From positions 1,033,083-1,097,082 of the forward strand of contig OZ244977.1 of the NCBI GenBank assembly GCA_965222995.1: 64,000 bases of DNA, in the 5' to 3' direction. Position numbers and translations under genes: made by a program. Source of the DNA: Bacteroidia bacterium (GTDB lineage: Bacteria; Bacteroidota; Bacteroidia; UBA8524). Shown piece after piece: positions 1 to 12,923 of this stretch (its first letter is position 1; each line of letters starts with the position of its first letter). The notes under the pieces were generated by a model. That model made no database searches, was not told the DNA's origin, and was given only the letters and a program-made list of their open reading frames with translations.

Positions 1-2
1 AT

Positions 3-3000
3 ATGATTATCTATTATGAGCGTTATGTAGTGATACAACCCGGTATTAAATCAGAAGATGGAGTACAGTATTTAGATTTCTTAACAGAAGAAGAATACTT
101 AGACATTTTAGATTCTCTACCGAAAGAAAACCAATATCTTGAAGATACGGACCCTAATAAGTTTATAGCGAAAATGGGTGCTGAGGGTCTTTGGGATTTA
201 CTTTCTCGCACAAATTTAGACGAGCTTTCATACAACTTGCGTCACCAGGCTGCGAACGAAACTTCGCAACAACGTAAGCAAGAAGCGTTAAAACGTTTGA
301 AAGTGATAGAAAGCTTCCGTAGTGCTAATGAAGCAATTGAAAATCGTCCTGAATGGATGATTATGAAAATCTTGCCTGTAATTCCACCGGAATTACGCCC
401 GTTAGTACCTTTGGAAGGTGGGCGTTTTGCAACTTCTGACTTGAATGATTTATATCGTCGTGTAATTATCCGTAACAACCGTTTGAAGCGTTTGATAGAG
501 ATTAAAGCACCCGAAGTAATCTTACGTAATGAGAAACGTATGTTGCAAGAGGCTGTGGATTCACTATTGGATAATACCCGTAGAGCAAACGCAGTAAAAT
601 CTGATGGTAACCGTCCGTTGAAATCTTTAAGTGATATGCTTAAAGGTAAACAAGGTCGTTTCCGTCAAAACCTTTTAGGTAAGCGTGTGGATTATTCAGG
701 TCGTTCGGTAATTGTTGTAGGACCTAAATTAAACATGCACGAGTGCGGTATACCTAAAGGTATGGCTGCCGAGCTGTTTAAGCCTTTCATTATCCGTAAG
801 CTTATAGAAAGAGGTATAGTTAAAACCGTTAAATCTGCTAAGAAAATTGTAGACAGAAAAGAGGCGGTAATATGGGAGATTTTAGAAAACATACTAAAAG
901 CACATCCTATATTGCTAAACCGTGCTCCTACACTGCATAGATTAGGTATACAGGCTTTCCAACCTAAATTGGTAGAGGGTAAAGCAATTCGTCTTCACCC
1001 GCTTGTGTGTACAGGTTTTAACGCCGACTTTGACGGTGACCAAATGGCTGTGCACGTTCCATTAGGAAACGCAGCAATTTTAGAGGCACAGATTTTAATG
1101 TTAGCTCCTCACAATATCTTAAACCCTGCCAATGGTGCTCCTATAGCAGTACCATCTCAGGATATGGTATTGGGGCTTTACTATATAACTAAACTTCGTA
1201 AAAACACACCTGAGTTTGAAGTAAAAGGTGAGGGAATTACTTTTTACGGTGCTGAAGAAGCTATCATAGCTCATAATGAAGGGCGTGTAGATTTACATGC
1301 TGTTGTTAAGTGTTTAGTAACCGTAAAAGAAGATGGTGAGTTAAAACAAAAAATAGTTGAAACTAGCGTTGGGCGTATCATCTTCAACCAGTTTGTACCC
1401 GAAGGTTTTGGTTATGTAAATACATTATTAACCAAAAAATCTTTAAGAGACCTTATTGGTGATATGATTAGAGAGTTTGGTGTACAAAAAACAGCTAAAT
1501 TCTTAGATGATATTAAAAACCTTGGTTTCCACTATGCATTTAAAGGTGGTTTATCATTTAACCTGGCATACGTAAACATTCCTGAAGAGAAACAAAAACT
1601 TATCGATTCTGCTAAAGAAGAAGTAGATGAGATATGGAATAACTACAATATGGGTTTCATTACCAATAACGAGCGTTACAACCAGGTTATTGATATATGG
1701 ACACGTATCAACTCTCGTATTGCCGATAGTTTATTAAAGAAACTATCTAGTGATGAACAAGGCTTTAACCCTATATACATGATGCTTGATTCAGGCGCAA
1801 GGGGTTCAAAAGAGCAAATTCGTCAGTTAGGGGGTATGAGGGGATTGATGGCGAAGCCACAGAAAAACGTAGGTGGTGGAACCGGTGAGATTATCGAAAA
1901 CCCTATTATATCAAACTTTAAAGAAGGTCTTTCGGTATTAGAGTATTTTATTTCTACTCACGGTGCGCGTAAAGGTTTGGCGGATACGGCACTTAAAACT
2001 GCAGATGCGGGTTACCTAACTCGTCGTTTGCACGATGTTGCCCAAGACGTTATTATAAAAGAAGTTGATTGTGGTACACTTAGAGGTATTCCAACATCAG
2101 CATTAAAAGATAATGAGGATGTTGTAGAAAGCTTATACGAGCGTATTTTAGGTCGTACATGTTTGTATGATGTGGTTGACCCTGCTACTAAAGAATTGAT
2201 TTGCGAAGCAGGTACTGAATTAGATGAGGTGCTTTCTAAGAAAATTGAAGATGCGGGTGTTGAAACTGTAGAAATTCGTTCAGTGTTAACCTGTGAAGCT
2301 AAAAACGGTGTGTGTAGTAAATGTTACGGACGTAACCTTTCAACCGGTAGAATGGTACAAAAAGGCGAATCTGTAGGGGTAATTGCAGCACAGTCTATTG
2401 GTGAGCCGGGTACACAGCTTACACTACGTACCTTCCACGTGGGTGGTGCTGCATCAGGTGTAGCTACGGATTCACAATTGGTAGCTAAGTTTAGTGGTAT
2501 TATCAGGTTTGAAGATATCAGAACTGTTAAGCGTACCCAAGATGATGGTGAAGAAGTGGATGTGGTTGTAGGACGTTCTGGTGAGGTGAAAATAGTTGAT
2601 GAGAAAGGAAGCAATACAATTATTGCCAACCACGTACCTTATGGTTCTATTATTAATGTTAAAGACGGACAGAAAATAGAAAAAGGCAATATTATTTGTA
2701 CTTGGGACCCTTTTAATGCTGTTATCTTAACTGAGCAAGCGGGTAAAATTGTTTTTGAAAATATTATTGAAAATGTAACCTACCGTGAAGAAAGCGATGA
2801 GCAAACAGGTCACAAAGAAAAGGTTACTATAGATAGTAAAGACAAAACCAAGATACCATCTATAAAAATAGTTGATAAAAAAGGTGAGTTAATTAAGGAA
2901 TACAATATTCCTGTGGGTGCACATATTGTTATTGATGATAATGAGAAAGTTGCTGCAGGTACTATTCTTGTGAAAATTCCTCGTGTAACTTCACGTAACC

Positions 3001-3890
3001 GAGATATTACGGGTGGCTTACCACGTGTAACGGAGTTATTTGAAGCACGTAACCCATCAAACCCTGCTGTTGTTACTGAGATTGATGGTATAGTTTCATA
3101 CGGAGGTATTAAGCGTGGTAACCGAGAGGTGTTGGTAGAGTCTAAAGACGGTGAAATACGCAAATACATGGTATCATTATCGAAACACATATTAGTTCAG
3201 GATAATGACTTTGTAAAAGCAGGTAGCCCGCTTAGTGATGGTGCAATTACCCCGCAAGATATATTACGTATACAAGGGCCAAGTGCTGTACAACGTTATA
3301 TAGTAAACGGTATCCAAGAAGTATACCGCCTGCAAGGGGTAAAAATCAACGATAAGCATATTGAGGTAATTGTACGTCAAATGATGCAGAAAGTTGAAAT
3401 CACCGACCCGGGCGATACTCGTTTCTTAGAAGGTGAAGCTGTAACAAGATTGAACTTCTTAGAAGAAAACGATTGGATATATGACAAGCAAGTGATTACT
3501 GATGCTGGTGATTCTAATAACCTTAAAGTAGGACAAATTGTAACTATGCGTAAGCTTAGAGATGAAAACTCTATGCTAAAACGTAAAGACTTAGCTCGCG
3601 TAGAAGCAAAACCTGCTGTAGCGGCTACAGCCCGTCCTGTGGTTATGGGTATCACAAAATCATCGTTAGGAACGCAAAGCTGGATGAGTGCTGCCTCTTT
3701 CCAAGAAACTACCAAAGTATTGAATGAAGCTTCAATAAGCGGAAAAGTAGATACATTGGCAGGCTTGAAAGAAAATGTAATTGTAGGACACTTGATACCC
3801 GCAGGTACAGGTTTACGTGAATACGAAAAACTGATTGTAGGTTCTCAGGAAGAATACGATATGTTGATGGCAACTAAAGACGATGAATAA
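3..3890 (+). CDS. rpoC: DNA-directed RNA polymerase subunit beta' (5'-truncated by window edge; C-terminal ~1295 aa)
   Basis: The long ORF runs off the window start. It carries beta' hallmarks, including the NADFDGD catalytic Mg-binding motif (…[18 protein letters not shown]…) and the conserved bridge-helix and trigger-loop regions. Confidence 0.95.
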   Translation: MIIYYERYVVIQPGIKSEDGVQYLDFLTEEEYLDILDSLPKENQYLEDTDPNKFIAKMGAEGLWDLLSRTNLDELSYNLRHQAANETSQQRKQEALKRLKVIESFRSANEAIENRPEWMIMKILPVIPPELRPLVPLEGGRFATSDLNDLYRRVIIRNNRLKRLIEIKAPEVILRNEKRMLQEAVDSLLDNTRRANAVKSDGNRPLKSLSDMLKGKQGRFRQNLLGKRVDYSGRSVIVVGPKLNMHECGIPKGMAAELFKPFIIRKLIERGIVKTVKSAKKIVDRKEAVIWEILENILKAHPILLNRAPTLHRLGIQAFQPKLVEGKAIRLHPLVCTGFNADFDGDQMAVHVPLGNAAILEAQILMLAPHNILNPANGAPIAVPSQDMVLGLYYITKLRKNTPEFEVKGEGITFYGAEEAIIAHNEGRVDLHAVVKCLVTVKEDGELKQKIVETSVGRIIFNQFVPEGFGYVNTLLTKKSLRDLIGDMIREFGVQKTAKFLDDIKNLGFHYAFKGGLSFNLAYVNIPEEKQKLIDSAKEEVDEIWNNYNMGFITNNERYNQVIDIWTRINSRIADSLLKKLSSDEQGFNPIYMMLDSGARGSKEQIRQLGGMRGLMAKPQKNVGGGTGEIIENPIISNFKEGLSVLEYFISTHGARKGLADTALKTADAGYLTRRLHDVAQDVIIKEVDCGTLRGIPTSALKDNEDVVESLYERILGRTCLYDVVDPATKELICEAGTELDEVLSKKIEDAGVETVEIRSVLTCEAKNGVCSKCYGRNLSTGRMVQKGESVGVIAAQSIGEPGTQLTLRTFHVGGAASGVATDSQLVAKFSGIIRFEDIRTVKRTQDDGEEVDVVVGRSGEVKIVDEKGSNTIIANHVPYGSIINVKDGQKIEKGNIICTWDPFNAVILTEQAGKIVFENIIENVTYREESDEQTGHKEKVTIDSKDKTKIPSIKIVDKKGELIKEYNIPVGAHIVIDDNEKVAAGTILVKIPRVTSRNRDITGGLPRVTELFEARNPSNPAVVTEIDGIVSYGGIKRGNREVLVESKDGEIRKYMVSLSKHILVQDNDFVKAGSPLSDGAITPQDILRIQGPSAVQRYIVNGIQEVYRLQGVKINDKHIEVIVRQMMQKVEITDPGDTRFLEGEAVTRLNFLEENDWIYDKQVITDAGDSNNLKVGQIVTMRKLRDENSMLKRKDLARVEAKPAVAATARPVVMGITKSSLGTQSWMSAASFQETTKVLNEASISGKVDTLAGLKENVIVGHLIPAGTGLREYEKLIVGSQEEYDMLMATKDDE

Positions 3891-3925
3891 TTAACTAAAG
3901 CATAAAGCTTTAAAACTATACAAAA

Positions 3926-3954
3926 CCCACAAGTTAACCCTTGTGGGTTTTTTG
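3926..3954 (+). terminator. rho-independent terminator after rpoC
   Basis: Hairpin cccacaag/ttaacc/cttgtggg followed by a TTTTTT run, about 35 nt after the rpoC stop. Confidence 0.7.
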
Positions 3955-4029
3955 TTGGCAGATAACGATGCCTTATAAAGCTTTATACATACGTTTGATT
4001 AGATTTGTATAGATTAATATATTACTGTT

Positions 4030-4341
4030 ATGAGTGAAGATAATACACAACAAATAGATATAGAATTGAATGAAGATGTAGCCGATGGGGTCTACTCTAA
4101 TCTGGCTATTATAACCCATTCACAGTCAGAATTTATACTTGATTTTGTGCGAATGATGCCGGGTATACCCAAAGCCAAAGTAAAATCGAGGGTAATTTTA
4201 ACTCCCTCGCATGCAAAGCGCTTATTAATGGCACTAAAAGACAACTTAGATAAGTTTGAAGATAATTTTGGTGAAGTAAACACGGATGAAAACTTTCCGT
4301 CATTTCCACCGGGTTTTAGTGGGCCTGTTGGTCAAGCATAA
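4030..4341 (+). CDS. DUF3467-family small protein (conserved rpoC-downstream gene in Bacteroidota)
   Basis: 103-aa ORF whose motif …FILDFVRMMPGIPKAKVKSRVILTPSHAKRLLMALKDN… resembles DUF3467 as I remember it. Its position right after rpoC is typical for this family. Confidence 0.6.
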   Translation: MSEDNTQQIDIELNEDVADGVYSNLAIITHSQSEFILDFVRMMPGIPKAKVKSRVILTPSHAKRLLMALKDNLDKFEDNFGEVNTDENFPSFPPGFSGPVGQA

Positions 4342-4381
4342 TTCTTAAATCAAGAACTCTGAAATCATAAATAGAAATAGC

Positions 4382-5161
4382 GTGAGTAAAGAGAAGAAGC
4401 CTCTAATACTAATAACTAACGACGACGGAATATCAGCCCCGGGTATCCGTTTTTTAATAGAATGCATGAAGCCATTGGGCGAAGTGGTGGTAGTAGCTCC
4501 TGCAGGTCCACAATCTGGTATGGGGCATGCCATTACCATATCAAAGCCTTTGCGTTTAGACCCTGTGGACTTATATCCTGATATTAAAGGAGCATATCAA
4601 TCATCAGGCACACCTGTCGACTGTGTGAAGTTGGCTGTAGATATTATACTGAACCGTAAGCCCGACTTATTGGTTTCAGGGGTAAATCACGGTTCCAATG
4701 CATCCATCAATGTTATCTATTCAGGTACCATGTCAGCTGCGGTTGAGGGGGGGATAGAAGGTATTCCATCCATAGGGTTTTCGTTGTGCGATTATAGCTA
4801 TAATGCCAATTTTAAGCCCACCAAAAAGTATGTGCAATCTATTGCCAAAAATGTATTGCAAAATGGTTTGCCAAGCGGTACACTGCTAAATGTAAACTTC
4901 CCCAAGGTTAATAAAGAAGAAGATATAAAAGGAGTGAAGATATGCCGCCAATGCGATACTAAGTGGAGGGAAAATTTTGATGAACGTCAAGATCCCGGTG
5001 GGAGGAAATATTATTGGCTCACAGGAAAATTATTAGTGAATGACAAAGGCGAGGATACTGATGAATGGGCTTTGTCTCATAACTATGTATCGGTAGTGCC
5101 GGTACAGTTTGATTTAACGGCACACCACGCCATTGCAGTCTTAAATAAATGGGAATTTTAA
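4382..5161 (+). CDS. surE: 5'/3'-nucleotidase SurE
   Basis: N-terminal PLILITNDDGISAPGI signature and overall SurE-like sequence. The track start is a GTG, and the true start could be a nearby alternative. Confidence 0.85.
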   Translation: MSKEKKPLILITNDDGISAPGIRFLIECMKPLGEVVVVAPAGPQSGMGHAITISKPLRLDPVDLYPDIKGAYQSSGTPVDCVKLAVDIILNRKPDLLVSGVNHGSNASINVIYSGTMSAAVEGGIEGIPSIGFSLCDYSYNANFKPTKKYVQSIAKNVLQNGLPSGTLLNVNFPKVNKEEDIKGVKICRQCDTKWRENFDERQDPGGRKYYWLTGKLLVNDKGEDTDEWALSHNYVSVVPVQFDLTAHHAIAVLNKWEF

Positions 5162-5303
5162 TAGCGAATTATAAGCTAAAATTATTGAGTGTATAATTTA
5201 TACTACTGCATTTTGATTTAAGGGTGGAAATGTGCTCAACCTAATTCTTGCAAAAAAAATAAGACATATACCTTGCAACCAGAAATAATTAAAATAGTTG
5301 CGT

Positions 5304-5420
5304 ATGTTGTTTATGATTATTCCAAGTATTGCCGATATGGCTTTAGCTTCAATTGTTAGCTTAGGAATAGTAGTAATGTTTTTCGATATTGCTGCCTCTA
5401 GAAAACAAAAAATAGCTTAA
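5304..5420 (+). CDS. candidate 38-aa hydrophobic mini-protein (MLFMIIPSIADMALASIVSLGIVVMFFDIAASRKQKIA)
   Basis: ATG-initiated ORF in the 377-nt convergent gap between surE and dapA. It has one predicted TM helix and a basic C-terminus, and is followed about 30 nt later by a hairpin with a T-run. No homology could be checked. Confidence 0.25.
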   Translation: MLFMIIPSIADMALASIVSLGIVVMFFDIAASRKQKIA

Positions 5421-5448
5421 GTTTTTTAACGACAATCAAATCACGAGA

Positions 5449-5490
5449 GAGCCATTAGTTAAATCGGCGAGATTTAGTTAATGGCTTTTT
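5449..5490 (+). terminator. possible intrinsic terminator downstream of mini-ORF
   Basis: Imperfect stem agccatta…taatggct followed by TTTTT. Confidence 0.4.
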
Positions 5491-5538
5491 AGTTGTAGAT
5501 AAGACTAACTATGGCAAGTAGTGTAGTACTACAGGTTA

Positions 5539-6411
5539 TTAGTAGTCCTTCACCAATTCAACCAATTTGTTTTTCACCTCTTCACTTACAGGTGCCAAAG
5601 GCATGCGTACAGTGCTGCCACAAATGCTCATGTGCTCTAAAATAGCTTTTATACCCCCCGGACTGCCATCAGCAAAAATGGTAGTACTAATATCTAAAAT
5701 ACGATAGTGAAGTTTTCGGGCAGCCACAAAATCACCTTTTAGGCAAAGGCAAACCATATCGCTAAAATCTTTAGGGTAAGCATGTGCTACTACTGAAATT
5801 ACCCCATCCATACCTAAACTCATAAAAGGGTAGGTAAGGGCATCTTCACCACTAATTACCAAAAAGCCTTCGGGCTTGTTTTTGATAATTTCCATGCACT
5901 GCTCCATATTACCACTGGCTTCTTTCATCCCGATAATATTATCGTGTTTAGCCAAGTGTAAGGTAGTAGCAGCTGTCATATTACTACCTGTTCGACCGGG
6001 TACATTATATAAAATAATAGGGCGGGGACTAGCATTAGCAATAGCAGTATAATGGTTAATAATGCCTTGCTGGTTCGGTTTATTATAGTAAGGAGATACC
6101 GACAATACCGCATCAATACCTTCAAAATTAAAATCTTGTATAGTAGCAATAATCTCTTGGGTATTATTTCCACCGATACCCATTACCAAAGGCACACGAT
6201 TATTATTTACACGTTTAATGGTATCAACCACTAACTGCTTCTCATCTTTACTTTGGGTAGCAGTTTCGCCTGTTGTGCCTAGCATCACAATATATTCAAC
6301 ACCACCGCTTATTATATGCTCCGTAACTTTTTCTAACCCCTCAACATCTACTTCACCATTGGTTTTAAAAGGGGTAACAATGGCTACACCTGTACCTTTA
6401 AATTTTTCCAT
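5539..6411 (-). CDS. dapA: 4-hydroxy-tetrahydrodipicolinate synthase
   Basis: The N-terminus GVAIVTPF…, the active-site lysine region and the overall length (290 aa) fit the DapA family. Confidence 0.9.
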   Translation of the reverse strand: MEKFKGTGVAIVTPFKTNGEVDVEGLEKVTEHIISGGVEYIVMLGTTGETATQSKDEKQLVVDTIKRVNNNRVPLVMGIGGNNTQEIIATIQDFNFEGIDAVLSVSPYYNKPNQQGIINHYTAIANASPRPIILYNVPGRTGSNMTAATTLHLAKHDNIIGMKEASGNMEQCMEIIKNKPEGFLVISGEDALTYPFMSLGMDGVISVVAHAYPKDFSDMVCLCLKGDFVAARKLHYRILDISTTIFADGSPGGIKAILEHMSICGSTVRMPLAPVSEEVKNKLVELVKDY

Positions 6412-6438
6412 AACTCAAATCTTTTCGGGCTACAAAAT

Positions 6439-6954
6439 TCAGCCTATTTTTTGTAAATAGTGTAATAGTTGCTCTATAAAATCGCTCTCGTTGGAGGTAA
6501 TCATAAAATCATAAGCTTCTTCAAACTGAGTATTTGATGTAGTGATTTTACATCTTGCCTGACTCTTAGCTGCTAGTAGGCTTATTAGTAGAGTTTCCGT
6601 ATCCAGGTTAATCAGGTAATCGTATTCTTTCTCTGTAAAAATATCAATATGAGAATGTGTAGGCACTCCCAGCCAGTTTAAGTGGCTGCGGTTGAAATAT
6701 TCATACCCATAACGGATATGTAAGTTTTCTTGAAACTTCTTGGCATTTACAAAGCCGAAGCTTTGCACATCTTTGTGTTGGCTTTGTAACACTTCTACTA
6801 ATTTGTGTGCCAACTGCTTCATTTTTTTGCTATCGGCATGATACAATATTCCAAAGGTTTTAGCATGCGTAAAAGAAATAAATGCTTTGTTCTTTCTTTT
6901 CTTTTTTAGCTCTTGCTGGTAGTAATATTTTCGTATTTCTTTTTTAATTCCCAA
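6439..6954 (-). CDS. hypothetical protein (171 aa), probably co-transcribed between ligA and dapA
   Basis: ORF with coherent composition and no recognisable motif. It lies 12 nt downstream of ligA and 27 nt upstream of dapA on the same strand. Confidence 0.5.
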   Translation of the reverse strand: MGIKKEIRKYYYQQELKKKRKNKAFISFTHAKTFGILYHADSKKMKQLAHKLVEVLQSQHKDVQSFGFVNAKKFQENLHIRYGYEYFNRSHLNWLGVPTHSHIDIFTEKEYDYLINLDTETLLISLLAAKSQARCKITTSNTQFEEAYDFMITSNESDFIEQLLHYLQKIG

Positions 6955-6966
6955 ATCAGTACTCCT

Positions 6967-9078
<2,112 letters not shown>

Positions 9079-10245
9079 TCAATCCTTAAACAGCTTATCT
9101 ACTTCTTTAATCACAGTACCTACCTTAATGGTATTAATATTTCCCCTTCCCACCCAGTCGTGCGGCGGGTTAGTAACTGATAGCGGGTATAATGCAATGA
9201 TATTTATATGACTATTAGGGTAGGGAAAAAACCTACCGTAACTATTCCCATTTAGCAAGGCAATGGTTTTTTTATCTAATGCGGCTGCGTAATGCGCAGC
9301 ACTGGTATCATTGCTCACAATCATTTGACAGTGATTGATTACAGTTGCCAGTTGTACTAAGTTAGTTTTACCTGTAAAATCTATAACCGCTTCTTGCTGA
9401 GAGGTTTTTTGCATTAACTCTTTTGCAAAAATTGTGTCTCCTTTCGAGCCACAGATAACTAATGGAAGTTTATATATAGTAAAAATATAATCTGCTATTT
9501 GGGCAAAATATGCGGTGCTCCAACGTTTGCGTTTGGCAGCTGCGCCAGGGAATAAGACTACAAAGTTTTGTGGTAACCCTTCAATTATGGGTAACTTGTC
9601 TTTTGGTATTTCAGGTTTTTCAAGAGCTATTTTTTGTTGGGTAAGCTCCTCAACAAATTCCTTATTCAAGTCAAACTCATGCAAACCTTCGGGAATAGTT
9701 AACGTATTCGTAAAAGGAGTATCACAATAATTACGCAACCATTGGCGGGTCTCTTTATCACTCCTTTGCCAACACCATTTTTCTTGGGCTGGAATAAGTT
9801 GTGCTATTACTCCATCAATAAAAGTACTACGCGAATAGGAGGGGGCTAAAATCAATTCAGGATTTTTGTAGACTAATCGTTCTAAAAAAGAATGGGCATA
9901 GTTATCGTCTTTTAAAAACTTGCCTTTGTCTAACCATATAAATTCATTTACAACATCACTATCCCAACTTTCTGCAATAGGTTTCCAAAGTTGATGACCT
10001 AACAGAGTAATTTTATAATCAGGATAAGCTTTTCTAATTGCTTCTAAAATGTTTCTAAAAAGAATATAGTCGCCAATATCATCCGTACGGATAATAAGAA
10101 TTTCTTTATCAAAGCTGTTAGTAGTTTGTTTTATGCTATCTACAAAGGCTAACCGCTGCTTCAAAAAACGTTCTTCCTTCCATCGGTTACGAGGGTTTTT
10201 GTAAAGGATTTTCCAAAGTTTAGAAAAGAATACAGTAACAGCCAT
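9079..10245 (-). CDS. glycosyltransferase family 9 (heptosyltransferase-like)
   Basis: 388 aa with a GT-B fold pattern and GT9-like C-terminal half (…GSKGD…NDTSAAHYAAAL…). Confidence 0.65.
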   Translation of the reverse strand: MAVTVFFSKLWKILYKNPRNRWKEERFLKQRLAFVDSIKQTTNSFDKEILIIRTDDIGDYILFRNILEAIRKAYPDYKITLLGHQLWKPIAESWDSDVVNEFIWLDKGKFLKDDNYAHSFLERLVYKNPELILAPSYSRSTFIDGVIAQLIPAQEKWCWQRSDKETRQWLRNYCDTPFTNTLTIPEGLHEFDLNKEFVEELTQQKIALEKPEIPKDKLPIIEGLPQNFVVLFPGAAAKRKRWSTAYFAQIADYIFTIYKLPLVICGSKGDTIFAKELMQKTSQQEAVIDFTGKTNLVQLATVINHCQMIVSNDTSAAHYAAALDKKTIALLNGNSYGRFFPYPNSHINIIALYPLSVTNPPHDWVGRGNINTIKVGTVIKEVDKLFKD

Positions 10246-10303
10246 TTAGTGCATTAAAGTGGCGAAGATAATAGCTTAATAGTACTACCTTCGCATTGGC
10301 TAC
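10246..10303. promoter_or_regulatory. divergent promoter region (GT9 <-> murB) with two TAnnTTCG boxes
   Basis: On the minus strand TATCTTCG lies about 17 nt upstream of the GT9 ATG. On the plus strand TACCTTCG lies about 10 nt upstream of the murB ATG. Both resemble the Bacteroidota -7 element TAnnTTTG. Confidence 0.3.
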
Positions 10304-11320
10304 ATGGAAATACAGGAAAACGCTACACTGCAACCCTTTAATACCTTTGGTATCGAAGCCACTACCCGATACCTTATATCCATCCGTTCACTTTCCGACT
10401 TACAAGAAGTACTTCAACACGAAACCCTATCAAAACTACCCCGATTAATATTGGGTGGAGGTAGTAATGTATTGTTTACTAAAGATTGGGAAGGAGTTAC
10501 CTTATTAAATGAGCTAAAAGGAATAGAGGTAATTAGTGAGAACGATGATGAAGTTTTTATTAAGGCAGCATCGGGCGAAAACTGGCATGAGTTGGTAATG
10601 TATTGTGTAGAGCGAGGATTTGGAGGTATTGAAAATTTATCACTAATCCCCGGTACGGTGGGGGCAGCCCCTATGCAAAATATTGGTGCCTACGGGGTAG
10701 AGATTAAGAATGTATTAGAAACCGTTGACTTTTTTGATTTTGAAAGTAATACCGTAAAAAACTTTAATAATAATCAGTGTGAGTTTGGTTATCGTGAAAG
10801 TATTTTTAAACGGGAACTGAAAAATAAGGTGTTTATTTTGGGAATTACCCTAAAACTAAGCAAGAAGCCTGAGTTTAATACCAGTTACGGGGCAATACTG
10901 CAAACCCTTAAAGAGAATAGAATAGAGGAATTGAGCATCAAAGCTATTAGTGATGCGGTCATCCAAATACGGGAAAGTAAGCTGCCTAACCCTAAAGAGT
11001 TGGGTAATGCCGGTAGTTTTTTCAAAAACCCTGAAGTATTGACTGAAAAATACAATGAGCTAAAAGAACAATACCCAGGTATGCCGGGTTATTTGGTTAA
11101 TAGTACACATACAAAAATACCCGCAGGTTGGCTAATAGAACACTTAGGTTGGAAAGGAAAAATAGTGGGGCAAACGGGTAACCATAAAAAACAAGCATTG
11201 GTATTGGTGAACTATGGAAATGCAAAAGGTGGGGAAATATACCAACATGCACAAAATGTAATTCAATCAGTAAAAGAAAACTTTGACATACAGTTAGTTC
11301 CCGAAGTGAACGTTATATAA
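10304..11320 (+). CDS. murB: UDP-N-acetylenolpyruvoylglucosamine reductase
   Basis: FAD-binding domain (GGGSNVLF) and MurB C-terminal domain. 338 aa. Confidence 0.9.
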   Translation: MEIQENATLQPFNTFGIEATTRYLISIRSLSDLQEVLQHETLSKLPRLILGGGSNVLFTKDWEGVTLLNELKGIEVISENDDEVFIKAASGENWHELVMYCVERGFGGIENLSLIPGTVGAAPMQNIGAYGVEIKNVLETVDFFDFESNTVKNFNNNQCEFGYRESIFKRELKNKVFILGITLKLSKKPEFNTSYGAILQTLKENRIEELSIKAISDAVIQIRESKLPNPKELGNAGSFFKNPEVLTEKYNELKEQYPGMPGYLVNSTHTKIPAGWLIEHLGWKGKIVGQTGNHKKQALVLVNYGNAKGGEIYQHAQNVIQSVKENFDIQLVPEVNVI

Positions 11321-11322
11321 TT

Positions 11323-11667
11323 ATGAGTAACAAAAACAAAAAGAAGTCTGGAATCGTATATAGTACAAACCCCGACTATGAATATCAGGACGAGGAGCAA
11401 TTTGATGAAGAAACTTTGCCTCCCCAACAACAGCGGTTGAGGGTAATGTTGGATAAGAAAAATAGAGGAGGAAAGGCAGTTACACTGGTTACAGGCTTTG
11501 TTGGGAATGATGATGACCTAAGTGATTTAGGCAAAAAGCTGAAGGGATTATGTGGTAGCGGGGGAAGTGTGAAAGACGGTGAAGTATTAATACAAGGCGA
11601 CCATAGGGATAAGGTGTTAAAATGGTTATTGGATAAAGGATATAGCCAAAGCAAAAAAGCAGGTTGA
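11323..11667 (+). CDS. translation initiation factor SUI1/YciH family
   Basis: 114 aa with the SUI1 core (…[12 protein letters not shown]…[24 protein letters not shown]…). Confidence 0.8.
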   Translation: MSNKNKKKSGIVYSTNPDYEYQDEEQFDEETLPPQQQRLRVMLDKKNRGGKAVTLVTGFVGNDDDLSDLGKKLKGLCGSGGSVKDGEVLIQGDHRDKVLKWLLDKGYSQSKKAG

Positions 11668-11792
11668 TTTGTTATTAATATGCAAATATATTGAGTGATA
11701 ATTCGATTGATTTCTCATCCTTGCTAAGGATGTTGGAAGTATAATGAGGGAGAAAGGATAGGTTAGGAAAGGCAAAAAATAAAGGTAGGTTT

Positions 11793-12368
11793 ATGCATAA
11801 AGATGAAGTTTTAGAAATTATTAAAAAACGCAGAAGCGTTTACCCTCGCCAATATACAGGTGAGAAAATAGAAGACAGCGTAGTGAAAGAAATGCTGGAG
11901 GCAGCTAACTGGGCACCCACCCATAAATATACAGAGCCTTGGCGTTTTAAAGTGTTTAGCGGTGAAAGTTTAGAAAAACTGGTGGCTTACCAAAAACAGT
12001 TGTATGTAGATACTACTTTGCCTACAGAGATAAAAGAAACCAAACTAAAAGTATTTGATGAGGTTCCTTCTCAAGCTAGTCATATTATAGCCGTAATATT
12101 GGAACGCAACCCCATTATACCTGAAATGGAAGAAATAGCCAGTGTGGCAATGGCTGTACAAAACCTTTGGCTTACTACTATAGCTTATGGCTATGGTGGG
12201 TATTGGAGTACAGGGGGAGGTACTTTTAATACTAAAATGCACCGTTGGTTAGAACTGAATGAGGAAACTCAAACTTTAATGGGTTTTTTCTATATGGGGG
12301 TTCCAAGCGAACCGTTACCAAAAGGTACTCGGCGTTCTTCTATTGAAGACAAGGTAGAGTGGATGTAG
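11793..12368 (+). CDS. nitroreductase family protein
   Basis: 191 aa with the N-terminal RRSVR-like motif (KRRSVYPRQY) and a nitroreductase-fold pattern. Confidence 0.7.
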   Translation: MHKDEVLEIIKKRRSVYPRQYTGEKIEDSVVKEMLEAANWAPTHKYTEPWRFKVFSGESLEKLVAYQKQLYVDTTLPTEIKETKLKVFDEVPSQASHIIAVILERNPIIPEMEEIASVAMAVQNLWLTTIAYGYGGYWSTGGGTFNTKMHRWLELNEETQTLMGFFYMGVPSEPLPKGTRRSSIEDKVEWM

Positions 12369-12461
12369 TTTATTTATGATTTACTGGTTTTGAGCTTTAC
12401 CGTCATTGCGAACATAGTGAAGCAATCTGTAATACTAAAAGCCAAAAGCTAAGGGTAAGCA

Positions 12462-12923
12462 TCAAGCTACTTCTAAAATGGTTTCAGTTTTATCTCTAAA
12501 GGTATAGGTTTCTTTAGGCTTCTTATTTAGCATAGCTTGTGCTACAGGAGCATCGTGAGAAAGTGCATACCATGTCTCACCATTTAAATTTAATTTTCCT
12601 GCACCCACTGCAATAAAGAAATTGCCTGTAGTAGTTTTTACCATGCTACCCAAAGCAACAAATTCAGTAACATTTTCAGGGTTTATTTTCACAAGAGTAT
12701 CTTTCTCGTTTAAGGCAGCATTTAACTGTTTTGCGCTTAACTCACGAGCATTTTGGCTCATTGCTCTACCTGTTTCGTATTTATCTCCTGCAGTATTTTT
12801 CTCTTCAGTATTCGCACTTTGCTGCGCATCGTCCATTGCTGTTTTGGCTATTTCAATTCTTTTCTCCAAAGACCTCAAACATAGTTGGTGTAGTTGTTTT
12901 TTAATTTCTGCGTCAATCATCAA
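12462..12923 (-). CDS. GreA/GreB-family (Rnk-like) transcription factor C-terminal-domain protein
   Basis: 153 aa. The C-terminal segment …GETWYALSHDAPVAQAMLNKKPKETYTF… matches the FKBP-like GreA C-terminal-domain signature. Confidence 0.55.
   Translation of the reverse strand: MMIDAEIKKQLHQLCLRSLEKRIEIAKTAMDDAQQSANTEEKNTAGDKYETGRAMSQNARELSAKQLNAALNEKDTLVKINPENVTEFVALGSMVKTTTGNFFIAVGAGKLNLNGETWYALSHDAPVAQAMLNKKPKETYTFRDKTETILEVA

Noticed and set aside
23-3715. Several 60-126-aa antisense ORFs inside rpoC (e.g. 23-235, 242-478, 2324-2629, 2810-3190, 3377-3715)
   Set aside because: They lie wholly within the opposite strand of a highly conserved gene. They have low-complexity S/T/P-rich translations typical of antisense frames and no independent signals.
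11701-11740. Hairpin catcctt/gcta/aggatg after the SUI1 gene as a terminator
   Set aside because: It is only a 7-bp stem with no convincing downstream T-run. It is possibly a weak terminator or a structured 5' region of the nitroreductase gene, and is not strong enough to call.
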